A DNA stretch of 64,000 nucleotides from Octopus sinensis. Its lineage: Eukaryota. The translations under genes and the position numbers were made by a program. The stretch lies in contig NC_043001.1 in NCBI RefSeq assembly GCF_006345805.1, positions 20,708,001-20,772,000 of the forward strand. Direction: 5' to 3'. Under the pieces are notes generated by a model. That model was given only the letters and a program-made list of their open reading frames with translations, did no database searches and had not been told where the DNA came from. Each line of letters opens with the position of its first letter. Position 1 is the stretch's first letter. Shown one piece after another: positions 24,401-37,111 of the stretch.

Positions 24401-25139
24401 CAGAGTTTATATATATATAAATAAATATATATATAAATAAATATAAATATATATATATATATACATATAATATAAATAGCTATAATATATATACACACAC
24501 ACAACCCATCACTCTACTTCCCTCCTTCTTCACTTGGCCTATGCAAAAGACTTGTTTTGATCAACCCTGGTCAGTCTCCCTTTGTCCACTTTCTGTCCTC
24601 CACCCACACCCAAATTACTTCGGTCATGACCTTATCAGCCATATCTCTCACCACCTGTGAAGCTTGCTTGCTCACTGTTATCCTCCACTGCCTCTCACCT
24701 CTTTTCTTTTCACTGTCCCCTCCTCCCAACATCTATCCTGCCTCAATACACTCATCTCTCCTTCTCTTGCTTACCCTCTATGATCCCAACATCTCTGTTA
24801 CCTTCAATGGCTCTCTAGATCCTCACCATCCTAAATTTTCTTTTTCCTTTTCATTGACCCCACCAAACCTATGAACACAATCCATTGCACCAATCCTTAC
24901 CACTTTGTCCCTTCCTTTCTCACTAACCACTTACCTCCCCCTCTACCTGTCATACTCTCTTCCCCAATAATGTCTACTCTTACTCTCGCCACAACCATAC
25001 TTTCTCAACAATAAATCTGTTCCTCTCATCATCTTCCCTAAAAACCTCGCACAACCCCTCTCTCTCCCATTCTCCTTCAATTATGAGGACCCCCATTCCA
25101 CTACGCCCGTTAATTTTCCAGCTTGCAAGGTGACCTCCC

Positions 25140-25315
25140 AAGTAATGGGTACAATAAGAAAAACACCCAGTACTCTCTGTAAAGTGGTTGGTGTTAGGAA
25201 AGGTATCCAGGTGTAGAAACAACGCCAAAACAAACGCTGGAGTACAACGTGTTCTTAATTGTCAGTTCCTGTAAAACCATCCAAACCATGCTAGTATGGA
25301 GAGCAGAGATTAAAT
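25140..25315 (+). mobile_element. Family B, degenerate
   Basis: Family identity. Confidence 0.75.
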
Positions 25316-25318
25316 AAT

Positions 25319-25374
<56 letters not shown>

Positions 25375-25384
<10 letters not shown>

Positions 25385-25562
25385 ATATGTAAACGCGTGT
25401 ACCCACACATATCTACACATTTATATACTCACCCACATATATATACATACGTGAATTTACATATGAATAAATATGTATCTACATATATACATGCATGTAT
25501 ATTCACACACACACATACTCTTTTACTTGTTTCATTCATCTGACTGTGGCCATGCTGGAGCA

Positions 25563-25609
<47 letters not shown>

Positions 25610-25786
25610 AATATGTAAACGCGTGTACCCACACATCTACACATTTATATACTCACCCACATATATATACATACATGAATTTACATATGAATAAATATGT
25701 ATGTCTACATATATACATGCATATATCTTCACACACACATATACTCTTTTACTTGTTTCATTCATTTGACCGTAGCCATGCTGGAG

Positions 25787-25790
<4 letters not shown>
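25375..25790. repeat. Local tandem duplication, 226-bp period, bounded by (AT)n
   Basis: acaaatatgtaaacgcgtgtaccc at 25381 and 25607. Confidence 0.92.
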
Positions 25791-25840
<50 letters not shown>

Positions 25841-25999
25841 CATACATATATATATATATAAACAAACATTAATGATTTCAAACTTTTGGCACATGAATAG
25901 GTATAGGTACACAACATACATAATATAAAATACACGCACACAATATATATGATTTCTGATTATTTAACGCTGCATTTCTCAAAAAAAGAATTTTATAAA

Positions 26000-27000
26000 A
26001 TAAAAAGTAGTTCAAATCGAATCAAGGTTACAATGACATAAAGTAAAAACGATAGAAATTTGTGAGTTATTGATACCGCCCTTGAAATTCAAACAGGTTT
26101 AGTTATTTAATTGAAATATTTATTCAGGTTTTCTGTTTTCTTTTTCTTCTGGTGGTGGGGGTTATGTTATTAAAGCTACTAAAATGGCCGAAATGTTTGA
26201 GTTTTCTGTTAAAATAAACAACCAATGCGCATTTATATGGTTAACCACGCAGCCTAGTATGGACCAAACATGTATTTGACTTTCTATTGACTTGCTAAAT
26301 GAATTTCTGAAGCAACGTTGAGGGGTCAAATACAAATTTATTCCGACATTCTTTGGAGGGGGTTTTAGTCATTTCCGGCATAAAATAACCCATCTAATAC
26401 ATAAAAGAGAATATTTACATAGCTCAGATATTATTTTGTTGCCTCTTTGTTAATTCTAACCTAAATATTTCGGAAATTAAACATTAAATACTGCCAGTAC
26501 AACATCTGTAATTCGGAAGGAGGGAATTTTCAGCCAACACGGTCGTCATAGAGGTTGATATAAGTCATCAGTTCAGAATAAATATTACCAAACAGCTGCA
26601 CACTTTGTGCTTTCTAATTCCTGTTCCTTGAGCTTTTAAAAATCAAATCTTAGCAAAGGTTACCGAAACCTCAGAAGTAAACAGACGGGTTCCTTCCTTC
26701 GATCTTATCTCGCTGCAACTGTCATATTTTTGTTTTAAATGTTTATATTTACTTCGAGCAACGAAGCTAAAGGTTTTATTATATTGAATTAAAATTAGTA
26801 GTCGTCGTCGATAATTTTCAATAATTTCACGTTCATAAACAAAAACAACTGCAGCTTATTACACAAAATCCCGATCACTAAAAGGATTATTTATTTATAT
26901 TTCTTTAAAGCGATTAAGGAAGAAAATACGGGAAAACAATGTAAATATGTCTCTGAGAAAATTAATTAAAACCCTGGAAATTCCCCCATCTTAGACATCC
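26000..27000. promoter_or_regulatory. Unique, visibly CpG-retaining region (possible promoter/5' UTR)
   Basis: Repeat-free with many CpGs by eye, adjacent to candidate first exon; not quantified. Confidence 0.3.
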
Positions 27001-27281
27001 AAAATACACTAAATTGTCATTAGTTAGTTTAAATAACAACATACCAAGATATTTCTTGTGAAAAATGCAACTAAATGATTCCGGAAACATTTTTCTTGTA
27101 ATTATTTCCTCATCGCATTGCAAAATAAAATGTTTTTAATTTACTAAGATTTCTGTCTTTTCTTTTGTTTTTGCTTTTCAAGTAAAGATGTTTTTTTTTT
27201 TCTTCTTTTGTTTCCAGATTTAATGAAAATGAGTTTAGGGTAAATAAAAAAGACAATGAAACACATTTTGTTTTTAATTAC

Positions 27282-27430
27282 CTTGTTGCTTTCCTTCCTT
27301 TTGTTAGCCACGGGCTTCTCTTTCGGGTCTTTCTTCATGCTTGAATCATTTCCCCCTTTGTTATTGTGTGGTGCTACTGAGGTTTGCTGGTCTGGCATTT
27401 GACAGACATGAACGTTGTTAGCCAGACAAG
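27282..27430 (-). CDS. Candidate first exon of an unidentified gene (MPDQQTSVAPHNNKGGNDSSMKKDPKEKPVANKRKESNK from ATG 27398)
   Basis: Unique, non-repeat, open 39 codons ending at AAG|gtaatt donor; no homology recognised; could be 5' UTR. Confidence 0.35.
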
Positions 27431-27445
27431 AGAGAGAAGCAGAGA

Positions 27446-27868
27446 GGTGTGTAGATAGAGACAGAGTGAGTCAGAGTGAGAGCGAAAGGTAGGGAAGGGA
27501 GAGAGCGAGAAAGAGAAAGATGTGTAGATAGAGACAGAGTGAGTCAGTGAGAACGAAAGGTAGGGAAGGGAGAAAGAAAGAGAAAGAGAGAGAGGGAGAT
27601 GTGTAGATAGAGACAGAGTGAGTCAGTGAGAGCGAAAGGTAGGGAAGGGTGAGAGAGGGAGATGTGTAGATAGAGACTGAGTGAGTCAGTGAGAGCGAAA
27701 GGTAGGGAAAGGAGAGAGAGAAAGAGAAAGAGTGAGATGTGTAGATAGAGACAGAGTGAGAGCAAAAGGTAGGGAAGGGAGAGAGAGAGATATGTAGATA
27801 GAGACAGAGTCAGAGTCAGAGCGAAAGGTAGGGAAGAGAAAGAGAAAGGGAAAGAGTGAGAGAGAGAG
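27446..27868 (+). repeat. GA-rich minisatellite, ~6 units of ~60-80 bp
   Basis: Core gtgtagatagagacagagtgagtcagtgagagcgaaaggtagggaaggga repeated with variable (GA)n linkers. Confidence 0.92.
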
Positions 27869-29339
27869 CTGCGTGGGATCGTACCTACGAGCAGAGCAAG
27901 TTATTGCGAGATTGTCAACAAAACAGATGGTTTAAATAGTAAATCATGCCAAATAAATAAGTCAGAAATATACATACATGCATATATATATATATATATA
28001 TATGTATGAATGTATATATTCAAAAAGAAATGCAATCAGCTGTTTACAATTTGAAGTGTCTACTTATTTAGCAGCAAGGAAGGGTTCAGATTAAAGGCAT
28101 TTCATAAGACTCCTGAATATTTAGCATATGTATAAATAAATACACATGCAAAAAACTTCTCTTTATTACCACAAAAATGAATTGAAATTAACACCACTCT
28201 CAATTATAGATTTGATAGTTATTATTATATATATGTGTGTGTGTGTTTGTATGTAAGTAACAAAGAAGACTAATCGATATATGAAAGAAAAAAAAGACCT
28301 TCCTTTCGCCTAAACTGAAAAAGACACCAAAGTATATTAATAGATCTTTCTTCTAATATTCTACCCGGCCTTGTTCACATAATGGTGTTTCCATTTTCTG
28401 GTTTTGCACTCAGGAAACATTTTTTTTATGACTGTCGTAGTGAAGTTGAAATAAATGTAAATAAAGCCAGAAAAGAGTGAAATATGCTTCTCCTGTTCAG
28501 AAGTAGGTAAGTTCAGTGTATACAGAAGGAGAGATCGATTTTATTCTTATGTTCAGGAGTAAGCAGTTCAACGTATACAGGGGAGATCGATCTTTGTCAA
28601 ACCGAAGTTAAATTTGACGAGGGATGATTGTACCACCATTTTAATGTTTTTAAACGGGATATTTGGTTTATTTCACATAATAAATAAGCATTTATAAAAT
28701 TTATAGTATGCTTAAAACTTTCATTTGAAGCAAAAAAGAAAAAACGAAATGTTTCTTTCTTCTTTTGGTAATTCTGTCGTCGATATATAATCCTTAATGT
28801 GTGTGATTAAAAGCGTCTCTATATTACATTTTGCCAATAAAAAGAATCTAAGCTTCTTTGTCGTCCATTCAGTCAGAGATATCGTCCAAGATTTTTCTAT
28901 TTCTATTTGTCTTCCACTATGCTGAACAGTTTCTCTGAAGAAGAATGAGCCAAACGCGACTTAGTAGCGATATATATAACCCTGCAGTTCTTTCTTTCCC
29001 TTTCACGCTTTCTCTAATACAATTGATTTTATGTAAACAGAAAATCTGTCGCAAAACTAACTTGATTCTATAGATATGGTTTATATTTTAAGCAAAAGAA
29101 GTACTGCAATGATGTATAAATATATATAATGCTGTTTCTTCATAAATAGAAAGGATTTATTCTTTCTCCCCTTAAAATAAATAAATGGAATTTTTTTCCC
29201 CCAAAAAATTTTGAAATTAAAAGATTCGTCGTCCAATATGTATTTTGTTTACAAAAATATGAATCAAGATTGATATGCTTCCATGAACTCAAATATTTGA
29301 CATGCTGTAGGTTCCCATTTTTCATTTACAAACATGGAT

Positions 29340-29670
29340 TAACATCTATTTGGACCATGTCATAAATGAACAAGTCTGTGAAACCATCCTGAACTACACT
29401 GAACCCACGAAGACTTTCTCACAACGGATATGAAAATAAGCTGAGACTGTATGGCCATGTGCCATGTAAGAAGATCCAATGGCTTTGCAGAGGCATGTTC
29501 TTCAAGGAACTGTAGTGGGGGAAGAGAAGATGGACGATCAACATCAATAAATGAACAGTGAAATAATTAGCGATGACTCGAGGACTGATGCAGATGGGGG
29601 AAACGGTGTGTCATTACGGTCTCTCTATGACCCCATCATGAGTTGAAGACTCAAGGGAGGAAGGTTGAAT
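29340..29670 (+). mobile_element. RTE-type LINE 3' fragment
   Basis: DHVINEQV..KLRLYGHV..LQGTV pattern, degenerate. Confidence 0.65.
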
Positions 29671-30960
29671 TAACATTAGGTTGTTGTCTAATATGCTTTT
29701 CGGATTATAATATACGGCATACATTTATTAGAGCAGATCAGTTTGCCACATATGTTTGATATAATAATTATGAAACATTATATAAATTGCACAGGTGCGC
29801 TACAACTAATCGGAAAAGGTAAAATGGGACAGAAAGCAGTAGTGAGTCAAGTATAGAAAGCAATGAAAGGCAAAAGTGCATAGATGGGGTAAAACGTAAA
29901 AAAGCAGAAATATGAACAGTGAAAAGGCTTTCGTGAACCATGGAATTTTTTAAAGACACAATATCCTGACAGCTAATAACCGATGTGGGTAGTTTATTCT
30001 ATGATTCGGCAATACTGAGAATGAAAACGGGTTTCCAAAAGTCAAGGGTGTTGTGCTGAGCTTTGATTTTTATACGTCTGTCCACGAGTAATAGAGGTAT
30101 TGAATTCTAAAAAGGTTAAATAAATAGCCAGTGGCCATTTGACGAAGGTCTTATTGAGTGATGCTAAGACACCTTCGGCCCTTCTGACGATTTTGGAAAT
30201 GTAGTTTGTTCAATGCAGAACATTATTGACAATACTGTCAAGGTCATATTCAACACAGATTTCATAAGGTTGGTGTTGTGGAAGGAGAGGTGAATTGTAG
30301 GGTTTCCCACCAAAATGTATAAGGGTGCTCAGGTCTATAAGCTAGCTTGAATTGTTAGTTAGCAATTCATTGCTGCATTCTGCTCAACTTAGATTGCGGG
30401 AAAGATCTATAGCGAGCGTATAGGGTCGGGTTTTTTTTCTCTCTCTCTCGAAGTACTGCTTAAAGTCGTCTGGGATTTCTAACGTAGTAACATGTGTCAA
30501 ATTGGCGTCTATTTCGTTAACATATGCAACAAACAACAGGAAACCAAGAAAAGATCAGAGCGAAAATCCTGATATCACCACGCAGAGTGCAGAATGTTCT
30601 CGACTGTGAATGAAGGACTTCAACCAACTACAAAGGTTAGCCCTTACACATATTGCAGAGAGTTTCAGTGGTGAGTAAGTCAAGATAAATAGCTTCCACT
30701 CAAGAGTCGCTATCCGTGATTCAAGTGATGTCTTCAAGAAATTTGACGTATTGGCCACAGTAGCTTGAGTTAGGGATAAACCTAAATTGTTAGGATTGAA
30801 TAAGGTTACTAAAGTTCCAGAATCTCTTTCTCTCTCACTCATTCTCATTTAATTGTATATATTTTAATTGTTTGTTTATTCATATGTTTCGTCTCATTCG
30901 ATACCCTGACCCCAACGTTTGTTTTGTCCCCTCTTTTTCTCAACCTTATGGTGAATAAAG

Positions 30961-30996
<36 letters not shown>

Positions 30997-31047
30997 ACAC
31001 AGGACTCTATCAATGGGACAATACAGCTAGTTAGATTGACCAGATAT

Positions 31048-31235
31048 TCTTTTACTTGTTTCAGTCATTTGACTGCGGCCATGCTGGAACATCGCTTTCA
31101 AGGGTTTTAGTCGAAAAAATGCTCTATCGGTCTTTTTTGTGCTGAACCGCTAAATTTTCGGGGACGCAAACACACCAACTTCGGTTATCAAGCGATGCCG
31201 GGGAGAACAAACACAGACAGACACACACATATATA
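31048..31235 (-). mobile_element. SINE family A, 3' half, nested in CR1
   Basis: Family identity (rc). Confidence 0.85.
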
Positions 31236-31701
31236 TGTTTGGAATTTGTTATCAGGAACGGTAAAGATAATCCGTTGGTATTTTCAACAGTAAAAGTGCC
31301 AGCATAGCATTCAGCAATAAGTTCTACACACTATTTGAGATCACCAGTAATCTGATCTGAATGGGGATTTCAGAAAAGGCCGAGTGCAAAGTAAGACCTC
31401 TGTTTCGAACGCACGTGTTTCCAGAACACTTTTAGCATTATCCGGGTTGGTTCCGATTCGTTGTTCTAATTAAGTACTGCTTTTTAGTCACCTACTTCAT
31501 AATGGTTTGATGCTCCTTTGCCCTTTCTACTATCCTCTGCTCAATGTAGTTTGTATTAACACTCAGCATCTCGTTCTCATTTGACAAAGCAAATTGATTC
31601 AGTCTCCCAAATTGCGCTTTTGGTATCTAATGCGTTTACGTAATGCTGATGTTTTGTACGATCCAGATTGAATTGAGCAAATGCTGAAGGATAGTAATGA
31701 C

Positions 31702-32402
31702 CAGTGACAGCTCGTGTATAGGCACTGCGGAACTGCACACCCCCTATTTCCACTCGATATTGTCAATAACATTCAATATAATGAGTCTTTTTTTCTTTAA
31801 TGCTTTCTTTATACTTGTACGTTATATAATCCTTAAGCTAAATGTCAGTAGCCATCCCCTAGTTTATGAAAAAACACACAAAAATCCTTGTATAGAACTG
31901 TGCACTTTACAGTTCCAGCGACGCGGTGTTTAGCTGTTGTGCGCATCTTCACATGTCCGAGATAGGAAGCTTCACGCTAGGGAGAGAGAGAGAGAGAGAG
32001 AGAGAGTACTGTCGTTCATGCAGTGCCAGTGAAAGGTAGTTTCTTTTTGACTCCGTGTTGTGCTTTAAAATGTTTATATTCTTAAATGTGATAAAGTGTA
32101 GAATTAGATTATTATCCTGCTTCCAGCTTCAATGTTGCTGCCAGAATTTGAAAAATAGGGCAGCCCCCCCCCCCGCCTCATTTTGTGATTTAACGGGTAT
32201 TTTTAAAAAACAATGGGGGATTCGCAGCGGTGTTCAGTGAAGAAATTAAACACACTACCCGGCAGTGGCTAAAACGTGAACCGATCGAGTTTATGTATAA
32301 ATAGTCTTTTTATATGTTTATTTCCTTTTACACAATATTAAACAACGGCTGAAAATTTTCTGAAGCAGCTCCCCAAGTAATTTTATCTACGAGCCGCCAC
32401 TG
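31702..32402. mobile_element. Non-autonomous hAT element nested in CR1
   Basis: TIRs cagtgacagctcgt / rc cagtggcggctcgt; exact 8-bp TSD gtaatgac (31694-31701, 32403-32410). Confidence 0.9.
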
Positions 32403-32954
32403 GTAATGACATTGAAAGCAAGCCAGTTTGTCTGCTGTAACTCCGTACTATAAGAGTTCCAGTCAAAGTAAGCAGGTTGGTGGCTGTGAAAGCTTTTCTC
32501 TCAGCTAAAAACAAAAAAGACAAATTGGCAATGATCACAGTGTAATCAGAGTTGCCTAAAGGTACCTCAGTTGTAACACCGATAACAGTCTAAGAGGTAG
32601 TTGTAAATAGCAGATTCAAAGTGCCGTTGTCTCTTGTAGGGATTTAAATCCAGTACTAAAATCAAAGAAATCATACGCAATTTTGTGGCCAGTGAAAAAT
32701 TTCCCTATCATTAGATAATTGAAATCACCATTGATTAAAACATAGGTGACTATTTTCCTAGAAGCAGCTCTCAGGCTATTTTACTAGATAAAGCTGTGTC
32801 TCAATGAGAAGCTTAGGGTAGAGTAAATAGCGCCAAGTACAAGCGTTCATGTGCTTACCCGAATGTCACAAAGAAATACCTCTTGTTGCGACCGCTTCTA
32901 ATCTCCACACACAACTGCTTGAAATGCTTGAGCAGACAGAGGACCATCACACCA

Positions 32955-33011
32955 TGGCAATGAAAGTAGCTCATTGGCAATGAAAGTAGCTCATTGGCAA
33001 TGAAAGTAGCT
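32955..33011 (+). repeat. 20-bp tandem repeat x3 (tggcaatgaaagtagctcat)
   Basis: Direct reading. Confidence 0.92.
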
Positions 33012-33410
33012 TTTGAGAAACAAGTTGTAGCCAGGCATGCGAGATCCCGTAATTTTTAACGTAAGAATAAAAGAAGTGGACCTTGTTGGGTAAACTGCAG
33101 GTATTTAAAAACAGTAATTTGTAGTCTATCGTGATTCATAGAGGATGGCATCGTTTTTTTTTTTTTACTTCCAGTTTCCCCGGGCTTTTTCATTGCTTCC
33201 CTTTGTTGATTCGATATCTTCAGACCAGCTCTTTTCCGGGTGTCTCCAGATTTGACAAATTTTCTATATCTGTTCACTACCATGTAAGCTAAAAATCACG
33301 ATTCAAAGAAACTATAATATGTAGTATTGCGCTATGTTGGGAAATAAACCAGGACTAATTCGAGAAACGATTCGATTTTAAAACCTAGCCTTATCGGTAT
33401 ACGCATACCT

Positions 33411-33823
33411 GCAAGGCGGCGAGGTGGCAGAAAGGTTAGCACGCCGGGCGAAATGCGTAGCCGTATTTCGTCTGCCGTTACGTTCTGAGTTCAAATTCCG
33501 CCGAGGTCGACTTTGCCTTTCATCCTTTCGGAGTCAATAAATTAAGTACCAGTTACGCACTGGGGTCGATGTAATCGACTTAATCCGTGTGTCTGTCCTT
33601 GTTTGTCCCCTCTATGTTTAGCCCCTTGTGAGTAGTAAAGAAACGTATTTCGTCTGCCGTTACGTTCTGAGTTCAAATTCCGCCGAGGTCGACTTTGCCT
33701 TTCATCCTTTCGGGGTCGATAAATTAAGTACCAGTTACGCACTGGGGTCGATATAATTGACTTAATCCGTTTGTCTGTCCTATCTGTGTTTAGCCCCTTG
33801 TGGGTAGTAAAGAAATAGGTATT
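33411..33823 (+). mobile_element. SINE family C, dimeric form
   Basis: 9-bp TSD cgcatacct. Confidence 0.93.
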
Positions 33824-34175
33824 CGCATACCTCGGTAGAACTCGAGAAGGATCTAGCTAATTAACCTGGGCTTAGATCCCGGTCGACCGAAGCGAAAGAA
33901 AATTTTTAGAGGAATACAGTTGTATGTGTTCATGTGCGCTACATAAATTTCTTTTTTTAAAAAGACTTAATTAATTTTCAAAGCCCATAGTGACATTAGG
34001 GAAAAAAGCAATCGATAACATTCAAGTCGAAATAAATATAATCAAGGGGAGAAAACTAGGTGTGATATCATATTGTTATATTCTTGGAAGTTCAGTATTC
34101 TGTGGATCAGAAGTTTGATAAATTCAAGTGACAGTTGGCTTGTAAAAAAAAATGGTTTCAGATACTTACCCTTCC

Positions 34176-34545
34176 ACTCTTTTGCTTGTTTCATTCATCA
34201 GACTGCGGCCATGCTGGAGCACCGTCTTTAGCCGAGGAAATCGACCCCAGGACTTATTCTTTTTAAGCCCAGTACTTATTCTATCGTTCTGTTTTGCCTA
34301 ACCGCTAAGTTACGGGGACGTAAACACACCACCATCAGTTGTCAAGCGATGTTGGGGGGGACAAACACACACACACACACATATATATATACGACGGGCT
34401 TCTTTCAGTTTCTGTATACCAAATCCACTCACAAGGCTTTGGTCAGCCCGAGGCTATAGCAGAAGACACTTGCCCAAGGTGCCACGCAATGGGACTGAAC
34501 CCGGAACCATGTGGTTGGTAAGCAAGCTACTTACCACACAGCCAC
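34176..34545 (-). mobile_element. SINE family A
   Basis: Family identity (rc). Confidence 0.93.
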
Positions 34546-34833
34546 CAAGAACTTTTTCAAGGTCTTGTCGCTTTAGTTGTAAATTAAAAGAAACTTACAA
34601 CAGGACTTGCTCAATTTCAGTGAAAATAAAGACCTGAAGTATTATTATTAAAGTAGTTCTCAAACAGTGATGAGGGAACATTTCAGGATGCCATGAACTT
34701 TTTAAAAATATTATTGAAAGCCTTTTAGAAGAACCATGCTAATGCTTAAGTCTCATGAAAAACCTGCTATTCATAATTTTCTTATACACAAACATGTACA
34801 TTACTGCATATGCTTTATACGCACTTTTGACAA

Positions 34834-34895
34834 GTTGTGGTGCCCCTGAGCACTGTATACAATAGTTTCATTATTATTATTATTATTATTATTAT
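34834..34895 (+). mobile_element. Ultra-short CR1 3' tail
   Basis: Matches the tail of 44810-45175. Confidence 0.8.
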
Positions 34896-35174
34896 GATTA
34901 ATAAAACAAGCAACAGCTTTGGGGAGGGTTTATCTCATTCTTTTCTTCAAACTTTCCATGCAAAGCACACTTGTGATTTTTTTTATCTCCAGTGTGCCAT
35001 AGGGTTAAAAAGATTAAGAATCCTAAAGAAAGAATGGAAAACACAGCTGACACTGGCTAGATTAGATCTTCAAATATCGAGGGTTATATCAAAATAGTTC
35101 AAGGCATTTAGTTTAGCATTCTATGGCTTCTGTCAACTCCAGTAACACTATCTTAAAGATACTTTCATGCCAGG

Positions 35175-35408
35175 AGGCGGCTAGTTGGCAGAAACGTTAG
35201 CATGCCGGGCGAGATGCTTAGCGGTATTTTGTCTGCCGGTACGTTCTGAGTTCAAATTCCACCGAGGTCGACTTTGCCTTTCATGCTTTCGGGGTCGATT
35301 AAATAAGTACCAGTTACGCACTGGGGTCGATATAATCGACTTAATCCGTTTGTCTGTCCTTGTTTGTCCCCTCTGTGTTTAGCCCCTTGTGGGTAGTAAA
35401 GAAATACA
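35175..35408 (+). mobile_element. SINE family C, monomer
   Basis: 11-bp TSD ttcatgccagg. Confidence 0.93.
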
Positions 35409-35589
35409 TTCATGCCAGGTTAGCCGAGTGGTTAAGAAGCTTCCTTCCCGCAGTATAACACTTCAGTCAGAAAAGTTAGAGAAAGGAGATAGCATGCTGG
35501 TGGGCCAGAAGCTACAGTGCGCTTGTATTTGATTTTACACTGATCAATCAGGTTGCCTTTTTCTGAATGCAGTCAATAATGCTTATGTG

Positions 35590-35925
35590 CCCTAAAAGTG
35601 GCTCTCCATCAGTTACGACAATGAGGGTTCTACTTGATCCAATCAGCGGAACAGCCTGCTTGTGAAATTAACATGTACCCTTAACGTAGTTCTCATGGAG
35701 ATTCAGTATGACACAGAATGTGACATGGATGATGGCTCTTTGAAATACATGTACTACTCATTTTTGACAGCTGAATGAACTGGGGCCACATGAAATAAAG
35801 TGTCCTGCACAAGGACACAATGCATTGATGGGAACCAAACTCAGGACCTTATGATTGTGAACCAAATAGTCTGGCCATTATGTCCCACACCTTCACAAAG
35901 TGCTGTTGTAGATGTGAGAGTAATA
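35590..35925 (-). mobile_element. Old CORE-like SINE (family E); related fragment at 40505-40630
   Basis: cagctgaatgaactggggccacatgaaataaagtgtcctgcacaaggacacaatg. Confidence 0.55.
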
Positions 35926-36184
35926 CTCCATGGTGGACCTCACCTAAGCTTTGTAGAGTATTAATAACTGCTGGAGGCTGAAGTATCTTCTGACCCTGAA
36001 GAACTTGATAATAGTGATATCCAACAATTTGAGTGATTGTGAGGACTAGTTGAGCTGTGTATGATTAACCCTTTGGAGACGGAGCCTCATTTGGAGCTTC
36101 AGTGCCAAGAAGACGGAGACCTTTTCACAAGCCCTACAGAGGGCATGCACTTATTTTTCAAACAAATTCTAAAAAGTAAGGTGG

Positions 36185-36520
36185 AACCTTGGGCAAGTGT
36201 CTTCTACTATAGCCTCAGGCCGACCAAAGTCTTGTGAGTAGATTTCGTAGACGGAAACTGAAAGAAGCCCATCCTGAAAGAATGGGCTGAAAGAAGCCCA
36301 TATATGTATATATGTGTGTGTGTTTGTCCCCCCAACATTGCTTGACAACCGATGCTGGTGTATTTACGTCCCCGTAACTTAGTGGTTCGGCAAAAAGAGA
36401 CCGATAGAATAAGTACTAAGCTTACAAAGAATAAGTCCTGGGGTCAATTTGCTCGACTAAAGGCGATGCTCCAGCATGGCCACAGTCAAATGACTGAAGC
36501 AAGTAAAAGAGTAAGAGTAA
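36185..36520 (+). mobile_element. SINE family A, 5'-truncated
   Basis: Family identity. Confidence 0.9.
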
Positions 36521-36653
36521 TTACTTTACATATACAAAACTATATATATATTCTTACAGGAAATTGATTGAAATAATGCAATCTTCATCATTCAACTTTT
36601 TGGCTGATAGATTGGCTGTCATCTCCAAAGAGTGAAATGCAGTGTGGTACATT

Positions 36654-36880
36654 TTAACCCTTTCGTTACTGTATTTATTTTGAGATGCTCTGTGTTTCTT
36701 TCAATTACTTTAAATATAACAAAAAATTTATTACAATAACTTAGTTATTATTAAGGTAATGTTAGGAACATAAATTGTGACTAAGGTTTGGTGGAAGATT
36801 TTAATTCAAAACTTATAAAAACAAGACCTTTGTACTAGAGTCAGAGCCAGTTTCAGCTGGGTTGATAACGAAAGGGTTAA
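36654..36880. mobile_element. piggyBac-type MITE
   Basis: ttaa-ccctttcgtta ... taacgaaaggg-ttaa. Confidence 0.82.
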
Positions 36881-36903
36881 GAATTGTTTCTCTATTATAT
36901 ATT

Positions 36904-37111
36904 TTAACTCTTTTGTGACCATATTTCTGTTAAGATGCTCTGTGTTTCTTTCAATGAATTTTAAATATAGTAAAGAATTTAGTAAAATAACTTAGTTATC
37001 ATTCAACTAGTGTTAGGAACATAAATTGTGACTAAGGTTTGATGGAAGATTTTAATTCAAAACTTATGAAAACAAGGCATTTGTACCTCAGAGCCAGAAC
37101 GAAAGGGTTAA
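36904..37111. mobile_element. Second copy of the same piggyBac-type MITE
   Basis: Shared internal sequence and acgaaagggttaa end. Confidence 0.78.

Larger units (their letters stand above)
30040..33330 (-). mobile_element. Highly degenerate, near full-length CR1-type LINE with nested insertions
   Basis: In order on minus strand: endonuclease (VLINGDFNY, RDNGTLNLLF, VPLGNSD), KVFWKHVRSK, RT (KLSAICVRANLCSWLKSFI), YISKIVRRAEGVLASLNKTF. Confidence 0.75.
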
